DNA from: Mytilus trossulus
Taxonomy: Eukaryota
DNA length: 64,000 bases
Direction: 5' to 3'
NCBI RefSeq assembly: GCF_036588685.1
Contig: NC_086382.1
Coordinates: forward strand, 59,520,001-59,584,000
Positions 23,294-35,500 of this stretch are shown in pieces (position 1 is the stretch's first letter; every line of letters starts with the position of its first letter). Both the position numbers and the translations under genes were made by a program. The notes under the pieces were generated by a model that searched no databases, was not told the DNA's origin, and worked only from the letters and a program-made list of their open reading frames with translations.

Positions 23294-26200
23294 GGGGCGA
23301 TTATATGTTCAGCTGTAAAAATCAACGCCACTACAGGAAGCGGTTCAGAGATCATTCACAAAGAAACCGACAAGAACGCTCACAATGAAACCGACCAGAA
23401 CGCTCACACTGAGCAACAACAAAGAAAGAAATCAAAAGAAGAAAACATCAATTCAAAGATAAAACATAAAAACTTGTTTTTAAAAGTGTTTGGATGTAAT
23501 CATACAGATACCAACTTAAAAGCACGATTAAAACGCATTACAAACGAGGACTTAATCGTTGAAGATATCAGACATGATGGCAAAGACACATTTTTCACAG
23601 TACATCTCAGAAGTTCCAAACTGACAAAAAAGATTATTTTTTTTATTTACAAAGAAAACAAAGAAAACGAAAACACCGAAAATGAAATTTTTATAATAGA
23701 TAAACAACAAGAAGATCTCAAAGAACAACCTAACTTTTTCCAAGACAAACAAAACAAATTAAAAGAATTAATGGACAAAGAAGCATGTGACGTTGTGTCC
23801 AATCATAACAAAATGATAAACGAGGTACAACAAAGAATTAAAAATGTCGCTAAAAATTTGGTAATGGACTCACATGAGTACAACGAAGAAGGGGAATTGG
23901 ATATCGTTCCAAAAATTGAAAACTTACACACCAATTTTACTGTAGAATCAACTTTATCCCACGGTACAAAACAGGAAATCGATGCTCTACAAGATAAACT
24001 TTCAGAACTTCGATTGCAACAGAAAGAATTCAAAGATTTTATAACATGTATGGATGAAATGTTTCAGAAACATAAATCATCTAAAAACTCTGCAATGAAA
24101 GTTTATTCCAAGTTTCAGATAGAATGCAAACATCTGAAATCTGCATTGCCTATGTATGCTAGAAGAAATGAAATTGTTTCAACTGTTACAACAAATCAAG
24201 TTTCAATTATCATAGGAGAAACAGGTTCTGGAAAGAGCACTCAAGTTACCCAATATTTATATCAAGCAGGTCTGGCAGATTCGGGATTAATAGTTTGCAC
24301 ACAACCACGAAAAATTGCTGCAACCAGCTTGGCTACACGAGTTGCCCATGAGCTAAACACATCTGTTGGCAATCTAGTTGGATATCACGTTGGTATGCAG
24401 ATGAAAACGTCAAAAACAACAAAAATTATTTACATGACTGATCAAATGCTTTTAAATCTTTGCTTAAAGGATGAAACGTTTTCAAAATACTCGTGCATTA
24501 TAATCGATGAAGCCCATGAAAGAAGCATATACACAGATTTGCTTTTAGGAATGATCAAAACAAGTTTAACTAAAAGACCTGAACTAAAAGTTGTAATCAC
24601 ATCTGCAACAATCGAACCGGAAATATTTGTAAATTTCTTTGGTACATGCCCTGTTTTAAAGATAGCTGGAAGAATGTTTCCGGTAGATGTCATTTGGCCG
24701 ACTGAAAATGAGGCTGAGGAGGATTATAAAAGCGCAGCATTGAAGAAAACAGTATATGTCCACGAAAAAGAACAGAGTGGAGATATCCTGACATTCTTAA
24801 CATCGCCGTTAGAAATCGAGAAATGTTGCAATAATTTTGAAAAGACTTTCAAGGATACGAATAACTTTATATGTCTGCCTCTCCATGGCCGTTTACAACC
24901 ACAAGAACAACAAAAAGTATTTGAACCAAGCCCTGTAGGAAAACGAAAAATAGTTTTTGCTACTAATAGTGCTGAAACTTCGATAACCATACCTGGAATT
25001 AAATATGTCATCGATACTGGAGTTGCAAAAGAAATGTTATATGATCCACAAAAGAACATAAACGCGTTAAACGTAACCAATATTACCAGAAGTTCAGCAG
25101 AACAAAGGAAAGGTCGGGCTGGAAGAACTGAACCAGGCAAATGTTATCGGCTTTATACAGAAAACACTTATAATAATATGGAAACAAACTCAAAGCCCGA
25201 AATATCAAGAGTTCACTTAGGACAAGCTCTCCTTAAGCTATATGAGCTTGGGGTTAATCCACTACAATTTGATTTTGTACAAAAGCCATCACAACATTTG
25301 ATAGACACAGCGATGGAAACGTTGGAGCTTGTTGGAGCTGTTTCTCAAAACAAGATAACCGAACGAGGGAAATGGATAGCAAAGCTTCCGATCGATCCTA
25401 AATTCGGTGCGTTTGTGTATGAAGCTATAAAAGAAGGGATTGGGATTGAGGGAATTGTTTTGTCAGCTTGCTGTGGAACGAGTAGTATGTTTTACAGATC
25501 AGGGTCAGAAAGTCAAAAAAACGAAGCTGACAAACGAAAAGTCCGTTTTTGTCATGAAGGAGGAGATTTCATGACAATGCTAGAAGTATTCCGTGAATGG
25601 CACAGCAAGCCTGAAAAATCTAAGAGTAATTGGTGTAGCCAGAATTCAATTAATAATAAAGTATTACGTGGAATAAGAGAGACAGTCAATGAGATTTTGA
25701 ATGTCCTGAAAAAAGAACAGGGAATACTAATGCCGTTTCAACTCAAAACACCAAAAGATGTTGACGAAAAACTTCAAGAGATGTTGTTCAAGATATTTAG
25801 ACAAAACCTTTGCCATTATCTAGGACACGACAAGGCCGGATATTTAGTTGTACAGAAAGATCAAATCGTGCAAATCTTTCCAGCATCGTCTTTAAAAACA
25901 CTTGGACTTCAACCGGACTGGATTGTAATAGAGCGTGTTTTGAAAACATCTCGTGATTTCGCAATTAATATTACTCCAGTAAAAGATTCGTGGTTACAAA
26001 AGGCATTAGCAGATGATTTACTAAATTTTGACTTAAATGCCGTTCAAAGTCAAAGGGTTGAGCAAGCAGCATTCTGTGCAGTTGGAGAAAAATTGTTATC
26101 GAATTTTGTGGGTGTAAGATATTCTGAACTTCGAAATTTGGAAAAAACAATGCGGCAAGTACTTGATGGAACTTTTGTTACAATAGAGGCATCTAAGGAA

Positions 26201-28471
26201 TATGGTGAAATAACTGCATTTGCGACAGAGAAGAACAAGGAAACAGTTAAAGCTATGATAAATGATCGCTTAAGCTTATTTAAAGGTACAATAAAAGGCG
26301 AGATTAAGGAATTCTACCTATCACCTTTAAAAAAAGGCGTTAAAGTAGTGGTTGGAGCAGGGATGGACATTGTTGATGTACTGATGCCAAATGAATACAA
26401 GACCGTTGTTGTGAACGCTACAGATAATTCTATCTCGGAGAAGGACATTTGTGAATACTTTGAAAAATTTGGTAACGTTGTCAATGCATATAAATTCACA
26501 AATAGCAAAGATAGGACCAAATGGGGGAAAATAACATTTAAACGAAGAGAAGACGCCGAGTCGTCGGTCCAATCGACAAAGGATAAAAGTATAAATGCAA
26601 TTCCAGACATAGGTTATCAACCTGTAAACGCCATTGTTAGCCTTTACACCATCAGAGCAAAGATAGAATGGTGTAGACGTCCAACGTTTGCATTTATTAA
26701 ATTCAACGATTCTTCACTTGTGCAAAGAGCATGCAAGACACCGATTTCCATCGGGGAAATGTCAGTAAGAATTACAAAAGGCAAAGTAAATGCCTCTGAG
26801 GTCCATGTTGCAAATCTCTGCAATTGTACCACAGAAGATGAGTTGCGCACAGCTTTTATCAATGCATTATCACTTGAATCAGGTGCAATAGAGAATATAA
26901 CCATCAGAAAGAAGAATGTAAAAACGAATGAATGTGAACTTCAGACTTTGAAAGAAAAGATTGAGTCTAAATTGAATGAGTATGTCATAGAAGGAACGTA
27001 TTATCTTGATTTAAAAATTCCAAGAGACAACCACGTTACCTTTTTGGCCTTCGTGTCGTTTTCCTCACCAGAAGAGGGAATGGCAGCCTATGCTGGCATA
27101 CATAAAAGATTCAAGATAAACTATCAAACAGTATCGATGTCAGTAGAATTCAAAACCTCAGTTGCTGTTCGAAAACATCTCTTCCCGATGTACGAAGAAA
27201 CATTAAGCAAACTTTCGAAAACGCTCGACAAAAATTTCAATGTAAAACATCTCACAAAGACACTAAAAAATGGGAATGTGCTAGTGGAATTGCTATGTGA
27301 GAACAGCGAGAACATTATGAAAGCAAAAACGGTTGTGGAAAAAGTTATCGACGGAAAAAAGTATGTCACAGATCAACCGGGTGAATTGGGAAAATTGTTT
27401 AATCCGGGCGGTAAGAGATTTTTTGAAAGAGTGAAAAATGAGACCAACACGATTATCCATTTTGACGCTCGGGATTTCTCTATTATCATCCATGGGACAA
27501 CAGAATCGCAAGAAAAAGCTGCAGAAATGATAACAATGTGTTTAAGAGATCTTAGAATTGGCGTATCACAACAAATGGCTTTAAAGGGACCAGACAAACC
27601 AGTTGGAGTGATGAGAGAACTCATGATGCGATATGGTTATGATTTAAATTTGCTTGTTGATGAATATGGTTTGAAAAATGTTGAACTTGATCGTCGGAGA
27701 CATATTTTGACAGTTACTGGTGAGCAAAAAGCAGTTCAAATAGTCATTGAGAAAATGCAAATGGTTATTGAAGAAACCGGACTAAAAATGAAGGGAAGAG
27801 TTCTGAAATCTAGTAAAACACGTGAATGTGTTGTCTGCTTTTGTGAAATAGAAGACGGTAACATGTACAGATTAGAAGTTTGTGGCCATTCCTATTGTAA
27901 ACAATGCGTTCAGTTTCAGTTCCAGGCTGACCTCAACTCTCTTCCGGTATGTTGCAGCAGTGAAGCTTGCGATGAAAAGTGGGCGTTGAAAGATATAACA
28001 ATAATCGCAGATAAAACAAATAATCCAGTTGACCTTTTAGTAGAGAAAGCTACAAGCTCTTTCGTTGCCAAAAATTCGATAGCATATAAATACTGCACAA
28101 CTCCCGATTGTCCTATGATTTATAGGGTATCAGAAAAGGAAAATCTATTCACATGTCCGCAGTGTGAGAGTCGAATTTGCACAGGATGCAACAAACAATA
28201 CCATGATGGATTAACATGTGAACAAGTAAAAAAAGTAGCATCAACCAAGGAGGCTGATGATAATCTCCATTTATTTCTTCAGGAGTGTGAATTGAACATT
28301 AAGAAATGTCCAAAATGTTCAACTTTGATAGAGAAAATCGACGGATGTAATCATGTTACATGTCAAGCGTGTAGAACTAACATTTGTTGGGTTTGTCTGG
28401 ACCACTATCCCACTGACGTTGAATGTTATGTACATCTCAGCCAAGAGCATGGTGGTTGCTTCAATTTCTAA
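23294..28471 (+). CDS. DEAH-box RNA helicase-RBR E3 ubiquitin ligase fusion (DEAH11/DEAH12-like), single large coding exon
   Basis: Uninterrupted ORF with GETGSGKST (24215), DEAH (24506), SAT, ATNSAETSITI and QRKGRAGR (25103), then HA2/OB-like, RRM-like (FEKFGNV..WGKITF) and KH-like segments. It ends with RING1 (CVVC..CGHSYCKQC, 27827), IBR (CTTPDC..CPQC..C..C..H) and RING2 (CPKC..IEKIDGCNHVTC..C..ICWVC, 28307). The ORF-track start is TTG; a TTTTGCAG acceptor ending at 23293 suggests an unseen upstream exon. The first in-frame ATG is at 23770. Confidence 0.92.
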   Translation, partial: GAIICSAVKINATTGSGSEIIHKETDKNAHNETDQNAHTEQQQRKKSKEENINSKIKHKNLFLKVFGCNHTDTNLKARLKRITNEDLIVEDIRHDGKDTFFTVHLRSSKLTKKIIFFIYKENKENENTENEIFIIDKQQEDLKEQPNFFQDKQNKLKELMDKEACDVVSNHNKMINEVQQRIKNVAKNLVMDSHEYNEEGELDIVPKIENLHTNFTVESTLSHGTKQEIDALQDKLSELRLQQKEFKDFITCMDEMFQKHKSSKNSAMKVYSKFQIECKHLKSALPMYARRNEIVSTVTTNQVSIIIGETGSGKSTQVTQYLYQAGLADSGLIVCTQPRKIAATSLATRVAHELNTSVGNLVGYHVGMQMKTSKTTKIIYMTDQMLLNLCLKDETFSKYSCIIIDEAHERSIYTDLLLGMIKTSLTKRPELKVVITSATIEPEIFVNFFGTCPVLKIAGRMFPVDVIWPTENEAEEDYKSAALKKTVYVHEKEQSGDILTFLTSPLEIEKCCNNFEKTFKDTNNFICLPLHGRLQPQEQQKVFEPSPVGKRKIVFATNSAETSITIPGIKYVIDTGVAKEMLYDPQKNINALNVTNITRSSAEQRKGRAGRTEPGKCYRLYTENTYNNMETNSKPEISRVHLGQALLKLYELGVNPLQFDFVQKPSQHLIDTAMETLELVGAVSQNKITERGKWIAKLPIDPKFGAFVYEAIKEGIGIEGIVLSACCGTSSMFYRSGSESQKNEADKRKVRFCHEGGDFMTMLEVFREWHSKPEKSKSNWCSQNSINNKVLRGIRETVNEILNVLKKEQGILMPFQLKTPKDVDEKLQEMLFKIFRQNLCHYLGHDKAGYLVVQKDQIVQIFPASSLKTLGLQPDWIVIERVLKTSRDFAINITPVKDSWLQKALADDLLNFDLNAVQSQRVEQAAFCAVGEKLLSNFVGVRYSELRNLEKTMRQVLDGTFVTIEASKEYGEITAFATEKNKETVKAMINDRLSLFKGTIKGEIKEFYLSPLKKGVKVVVGAGMDIVDVLMPNEYKTVVVNATDNSISEKDICEYFEKFGNVVNAYKFTNSKDRTKWGKITFKRREDAESSVQSTKDKSINAIPDIGYQPVNAIVSLYTIRAKIEWCRRPTFAFIKFNDSSLVQRACKTPISIGEMSVRITKGKVNASEVHVANLCNCTTEDELRTAFINALSLESGAIENITIRKKNVKTNECELQTLKEKIESKLNEYVIEGTYYLDLKIPRDNHVTFLAFVSFSSPEEGMAAYAGIHKRFKINYQTVSMSVEFKTSVAVRKHLFPMYEETLSKLSKTLDKNFNVKHLTKTLKNGNVLVELLCENSENIMKAKTVVEKVIDGKKYVTDQPGELGKLFNPGGKRFFERVKNETNTIIHFDARDFSIIIHGTTESQEKAAEMITMCLRDLRIGVSQQMALKGPDKPVGVMRELMMRYGYDLNLLVDEYGLKNVELDRRRHILTVTGEQKAVQIVIEKMQMVIEETGLKMKGRVLKSSKTRECVVCFCEIEDGNMYRLEVCGHSYCKQCVQFQFQADLNSLPVCCSSEACDEKWALKDITIIADKTNNPVDLLVEKATSSFVAKNSIAYKYCTTPDCPMIYRVSEKENLFTCPQCESRICTGCNKQYHDGLTCEQVKKVASTKEADDNLHLFLQECELNIKKCPKCSTLIEKIDGCNHVTCQACRTNICWVCLDHYPTDVECYVHLSQEHGGCFNF

Positions 28472-28959
28472 ATGATGTTCAAATTAGTGTCATGGAAGAA
28501 CAAATTCTGGAACTAAGTAATTGCTTTAAAGTTTTTACTTTCAAAATGCGTTCATAGTCATGATAGCAGAGCGAAATTAATGATAACACAACAAACTTGA
28601 AACTTAAAAATAACTTAGACTAACAAAAAAATGTATAATTGTATATCTAATCTGTACACAGAGTTAATTGTTTCTTTATGACCTATGTAAATGCGGAAAA
28701 TATATTTTACATTGTCAAAATTATAAATTTAACAACTACAAAATAATTTATGTGAATTCGTTGTGTTTGGCGTAATTTTGTTCTTCGATATCATAAAAAT
28801 GATAAGCATTATCATGCTTTAAGTATCATAATAGTTATCAAAAGTACCAGGATTATAATTGTATACGCCAGACGAGCGTTTCGTCTACATAAGACTACAT
28901 AAACTATGACTCATCATAGATAAAATTGAGAATGGAAATGGGGAATATGTCAAAGAGAC

Positions 28960-29125
28960 CAGAGGCGGATTTAGAGGGGAAGGGGGGGGGAGGGGGACGG
29001 GCCCCACCTCTTTGGGAAAACATTTGGTTGCTTGTATAGGGAATCACTGAAGCGTGGCTGGAGCGGGTCCCCTCTTAGGTGAGTCAGTGGGCCCCCACTT
29101 ATGAAAATGTCTGGATCCGCCACTG
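28960..29125. mobile_element. Short GC-rich MITE with 5 bp TSD (same type as 2349-2506)
   Basis: TIRs CAGAGGCGGATTTAG / CTGGATCCGCCACTG, TSD GAGAC at 28955-28959 and 29126-29130. Confidence 0.75.
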
Positions 29126-32100
29126 GAGACAACAATACGACAAAAGAGTAGGAGGCCACCATCGGGTCTTTAATGCATCGAGATAATACCAGGATTAGAA
29201 ATGATGTACCCATCAGAGAACTCAAACCAACAATTTTTTCAAATAGTCACGGCTGCCTTGTTTGTTGATTAGCAAGAAACTAGATACACTCTTAAAATTT
29301 AGCCTTAGTTTGGTTAAATTGGTGAAAAATTATATTTCAGATAAATCAGAGATTTTTTCTTAAATCTAAAGACGAAGGTGACAATGATGGTGGTAAGGGA
29401 AATTTTTCATCTTGCCAGGGATAGTATGTATTATTAGTAATACATTGCACAAAATTTCTGCACATATTTATCAAAGCATGTAATGAAGGAACAGTACTTT
29501 CACCGTTTTTTCTCTCGTCTAATGATCAATCAGGCGCTGTAGCACCTACCCGGGGATTAGTGAATATTTTTTAAGATGTTAAAAAAACTACATCTGTATT
29601 AAAACACTCAATTTCAACAAAATAAATACTTTGTAATGGGAAAAGAAATCTCAACCCATCATTTTTTCATAAAATGTCCAGTACCAACTCATGAAAAATA
29701 GCCATTGTTACATTATAGTTCGTTTCTGTGTGTGTTACTTTTCGGTGTTGTGTCGTAGTTCTCTTATTTTTGATACGTTTTCCTCAGTTTTGTTTGGAAG
29801 TCAGACTTTTTTTTCTCTATCGATTGATGAATTTTGAACAGCGGTATACTACTGTTACCTTTATAAATCTCAATATTTTGTCATATAAATTTGCACAAAT
29901 GTGTCAATGTTACATAAACATTTCAAGCATCCTTATAACCAGTTTACTGAACTTACCAGAAAATTATGTATGTATATAGCAAATCAATTACCTTTTGATA
30001 GACTGCCAACATGTAAATATTTTGGTATACATACAGGGAAAAAATATGAAGTAGATCACATAAAAGATCAGACATGAACAAATCCGCTAGAAAGGTAAAA
30101 ATTGACAGCAAACACCACAAGTACAGAACATTGCTCTGCAGATTTCCCCCAAAACAGAGATATATGTTATTGTAACGGAAGAGAAGGAATATGATTTATT
30201 GGTCTACAAGTACATGTTCAGATTCAGCATCTCAAAGAACTACAAGATTTCAATTATTGTTAAAATCAACCTAAGTTTAATTTTGGACCCTTTGGATCTT
30301 AAGGAAAATCAATTTGAAATTTGGACCAAAAATTAAGAATCTAAATTCATGGTTAGATTCCGCATATGAAAGAACCCCAACTATTTACATTTTGATGAAA
30401 TCAAACAAAGTTTAATTTTGGCCCCTTTTGGTCCCAATTTCCTAAACTGATTGGGACCGAAACTCCCAAATCAATCCCAACATTCCTTATGTGGTCATAA
30501 ACCTTGTGTTTAAATTTCATAGATTTCTACTTACTTATACTAAAGTTATTGTGCAAAAACCAAGAAAAATGCTATAAGGGCCCATTTTTGCCCCTATTTC
30601 CTAAACTATTAAACAAAAACCTCCAAAATCAATCCCAACTTTCCTTTAGTAATTATAAACCTTGTGTTAAAATTTTATTGATTTCCTTTTACTTATACTA
30701 AAGTTATTATCCAGAAATCATGTCTTTGGACAATGACGACCCAGACGATGAGAACGTGATACCAATTTCTGACCAAAATTTGTTAAATTTTTGCAGTCAC
30801 ATAAAAATTGACCCCACTCAAACAAAATACACATGACTATATGTTTTACTTTAAATTTCAGATATAATGCATCAAATTGATTAGCTGATGTAGCAAGCAT
30901 TACTTTTTTTTATAAATCTCTAACAATTTTCATTTTTTCACTTATATTACTATATCTAAATTAAAAAATGATTTGTTTTTTCAAGTGCAGCTGCTTAAAT
31001 TTCGCACCTGCATTACTTATCATAATTGAATTTTATATGATACACTGAATATAGGTAAACATTCTTACAGTATTTAATAGCAGACTTAATTACAAAAATT
31101 TAAGTGGACCAATAAACCATTAAAATTAGGTCAAGGTCAGAAGAACCCTGTCAATGAACATCAAACAATCATTCGATACAACTTATACAGCTGACCTATT
31201 GTTTACGTTATCCTAGAAACAGAAATAACATGAAAACAAGGTCAAGGTCAAATAAACCTTGTCAGAAAGACATGTTCATCTAACAATCATTGCATAAACC
31301 AGCTATAGTTAACCTATTGATACTATCATCAAATTAACATACATCAAGAACAGTTTTGATGCTTCCACATTTCTTATGTGCCTGTCCTAGGTCAAGGCCT
31401 GTAGTTAAGTGTTTTTTGTTGTTTCATATCTGTCATATTTGTTTTCCATTAATTGTTCATAATTTAAAACAACAGCTATAAAGGAGTAGGTTCAGTAAGA
31501 CCGCTTTTTGGCCCCAAAATATAGCAGTTTCACAAAAGTTTGAAAATGTAATCCTTAAGCTATATACCTGACAGTAGAATGCTTCTGCTACAAAAATATG
31601 GGCTATTTATCATGTTTATACAATACAATGCACATATATCGGTTATAAGCATCAAGTGATGCTAAATTACTGAAATCTTCATTATTTTAGCATTTCAGTT
31701 AAATTTTAGACGGGTTTCTGTCTTAAATGAAAGTGGCCGCATTTGTGTTCATTCATAGTATTCAAATGTGATAAAGCATAACATATATAAAGATTGAGGA
31801 TGAACAGGGGTGTGGCCACTTTCATTTTTGACAAAAACCATCTGAAAAGTTACACTTTTTTTTGCATATTTGATAGATTTTTCATTTTTAAGCTTGAATC
31901 AAAGCGTTTTTAATGACTAAATCAGTTCAAATCTTTCAAATAAATTAATTGAATCAATTGAAATAGACACTCAAGTGTTTAAAAAGTGTCTAAAATCTTT
32001 CGTTAGATGAATCTGAAATTTGAGGTCAAAAAACAGCCTTTACCAACCTACTCCTTAGGCAAATGGTTTCTCAGTTGAATTATGTCATATTTTTCATTTG

Positions 32101-32464
32101 GGGCCTTTTATAGCCGACTATACAGTATGAGTTTTTGTCCTAGTTGAAGACTGCATGGTTGCCTATTATTTCTTACACCCACTTCATTTAAACTTTGGTG
32201 AATAGCTGACTCATTGGCAATCTCCTTATTTATATATAGATCATTTATTTTATAAAACAAAATAAAATTATGTTCTGAGTAGGACACGGCTTTGTATCTT
32301 TATATTTTACAAAAAACAGACAGATTCCTAAATATATTTCCCTTGAATTTGTTTATCATCAATTTTAATAAAATATTCAAAAGTTTGAAATAATATAGAA
32401 CTATAAAAATAATATAACTACCAAATGAAAATTTACAATGAAAGCATTTGAAGTTTAACAACTT

Positions 32465-32470
32465 TTTATT
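32465..32470 (-). terminator. Candidate TOPBP1 polyadenylation signal AATAAA
   Basis: First AATAAA ~120 nt after the stop codon; conserved in copy A at 8081-8086. Confidence 0.4.
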
Positions 32471-32590
32471 TCCATTATAAAATGCTTCTTCTTTGATAGC
32501 ACTTAGATAAAGAATTCAATAAAAATTTAATAGTACAGATCATTCATTAAATACAGGTTTTTAATTTACAGAGAACAATGAAACTAAATG

Positions 32591-35500
32591 CTATCTTTTC
32601 CTTGTGCGTTTGCTTTTATTTTCACTGTCTGATGTTGAAGAAAGAGATAATGCTTTTCTTTTGTTCCTATCTGAACCTGATGGTCTGAAAGTAAAAAAAA
32701 GAGGCAGTGTTTAAAAACTACAAACATGAATAAATATATAAATACTAGAACACACCCGTGATGTTGTGGGTCCGTGACTGAGACAAAATACATAACTATG
32801 TGTAAGCCTCATTTTACCCTGGATTTTTAGTATAGATATTGTCATCTGATAAAGTCATTCTGATTATAAGATGCAGTTTTCTCTGCATTCAAAAACTTTT
32901 TGTTTGAACCCGTCGACCTGGAACTTGTAAATTATTGGTAATATTAATTATTGGAAAACAAAAGGAATGGAGTATGTTTAATCAACATCATTGTCCTATA
33001 TTAGTTATAAATAAAGTTGAATTCTTAGCTTCGCTGTTTAACGTCATGCCAGTTAAAAAATTGGATACTGTTCCTAATGCCTTATTTTAAGTCTAGATTT
33101 TTAGTATTCGTATTGTCATCTTATAAAGTCATGCTAATTAAAATACTTCAATAGGAAACAATGTTACAATGATTGAATTTAGTAGTGTCAACCCTGTGAT
33201 AATGTCCCGTGTATAAAGCAAATCCTAAATGCACGGTTTGGTGGTGCGCCTGTCAGATGTGGAACGTACAGATAAGGTAATACAGTCGATTCCACTTAAT
33301 TGCATACCGCTTATTAGCATAATTCGGTTAATTGCATACTTTTCTCCTGCACAAAACCATTTCCCATTCACCTAATGTTAAATTGTCCGGTTATATGCAT
33401 AGCCTTACAAGTGGCATTTCGGTTTATTGCATAGAAAATAATCGCCAGCTAGATATGCTCAGTTAAAACTGACGAGATTTTTGACCGGAAACGGCAATTT
33501 CGTAAGTATATTTTTCTTGAATGCATCATAATTTTCATTATTATTTCACATTTACTTGTGCGTTATTCAAATAAAGTTTTAAAACAGTATCTTTCGTGTT
33601 TATATGATTATAGAAAAGGCCTCGGTGTACACAGGTAAAGTTTCCCATATTCTATTTTAAGCCTCGAGGTCATAAAAATGTCAATCAGCTGATTGTTGTA
33701 AAAACACAACCATTCTATGATCTTCTATCTCAAAAGGTGTTAATTATTGATTGGATTTCAAACATTGTTTATATTTTGGGTGAATTTTTAAAACATTGAA
33801 CGCCTGCTAATTATCGATCATTATCCAATGTGTAATTTCGTCATTCAGCTTGGTGATCTACATTTATGTTAAATATTACAGGGCATTTATATATGGTTGA
33901 AGAATTTTATACATCAATCTTTCCTTTTTAATATTTTTCTAAAAGAAAATTAACTTCTGATTATTATATTTTCTCACTTTCAACACTTGTATCCAGCAAA
34001 TAACCCATGCATGGCCCCATCACCTGTTAACTGCTTTGCATAAACGAAACTAGCGGTGTGAAAGTAACAGTGTAACATCACTGTGTAATTGGTAAATACT
34101 GCATATCAAAGGCAGTTCATTGCACAATTATTGTTTACAATGATTACAAACTGTGTAGTATTGTTAAACAGTTTAATTTATACAAAGCGTAACAATTTAA
34201 TTTGTACATCCGGGTCATAGAAACAAATCTATTTTTAGAACAATTACATTTTCGTATCTCAGGTAAAGGAAAAGTCGGTACATAAATAAACTAAAACAAA
34301 ATGTGTTTATAAACTTTGTTGAAAGAATACACAATGAAATAAAATGTATGACAGTAGACAAATAACTTTTATTAGAATAAATAAGCATTCATTATGTTGT
34401 AAGTGGACTATGGACGTACATCTTTCTTCTTTGCTGATCTGCACTATCGATGCTATTTGACTCCGTAATTTGTCATTTCGGATATAAGCATACTCCGCTT
34501 TATTGCATAATTTCGTCTGACAAATAGGCTATGCAAATAACTGGAATGTACTGTAGTTGGTGAATAAACTATTGGTATCGGTATCAGTTTCGATCCGGAA
34601 CTTGTTAATTATTGGCAATATAAATTATTTGGAAAACAAAAGGGTCGGCAGGAGAGTATGTTTAATCTACACCGTTGTCCTATATTAGCTATATATAAAG
34701 TTAAATTCTTTCATTTGTCGTTTTTACCCCATGACAGCTAACAAATTGGACCTCGTTATTTTAGTATTATTGATCAGGAAATAAAAAGTGTGTTGCTTTT
34801 CTCATAAATTTCCTTTTTGATGAGGGCTGTATCCTGTAGCCAATAACCAATCAAGAATGTGTCCCTAGTACATGGAAGCCCTATCCGCACTATCTTTTTT
34901 GATGTTCAGTGGACCGTGAAAATGAGGTAAATTTGGCATTACAATTTAAAAGATCATATCATAGGGAACATGTGTACTAAGTTTCAAGTTGATTGGACTT
35001 CAAGTTCATAAAAAATTACTTCAACCAAAAACTTTAACCTGAAGTGGGCAGACAGATGGACGAATGAATGAACGAACAGTCAACATAATGCCCATAAATG
35101 GGGCATAAAAACAAATATAACTAGATACCATTGAGATGGGAGCCATCTCTGTGGGCCCCACTGTCAATAACGTGGGGTAAATAAGTTGTATGGATAATCT
35201 GATATGAAGCATTATTTGAAGTTATTACATAGTCTCATGTTTGATTTTATTCTAAGATTTTAATTTATAACTGATAAATATTCTCAACTTACTTTCATAG
35301 TATAATAGTGATATGACTGCATGATGTGAACTCATTGTTGACTACTCTAAGGTGACTTCTGGATATATGGATTGATGTTTGAACAATATGTTTAAAGGTG
35401 CTGCCCAATTGATATTTGTCACATATTTTTAGAATTATGCCTTCAATATATTATGACCCACCAAGTATAAAGTATGAAATATTAATGGTTCTCAAGAGGT

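Noticed and set aside
23552-28098. Many short minus-strand ORFs over the helicase gene
   Set aside because: They are antisense shadows of a long coding exon.
14080-29408. Insert as a single giant transposon (Polinton/Helitron) carrying the helicase
   Set aside because: No transposase, Rep/Hel or polymerase ORF is present, and no matching termini or short TSD were found at the insert edges.
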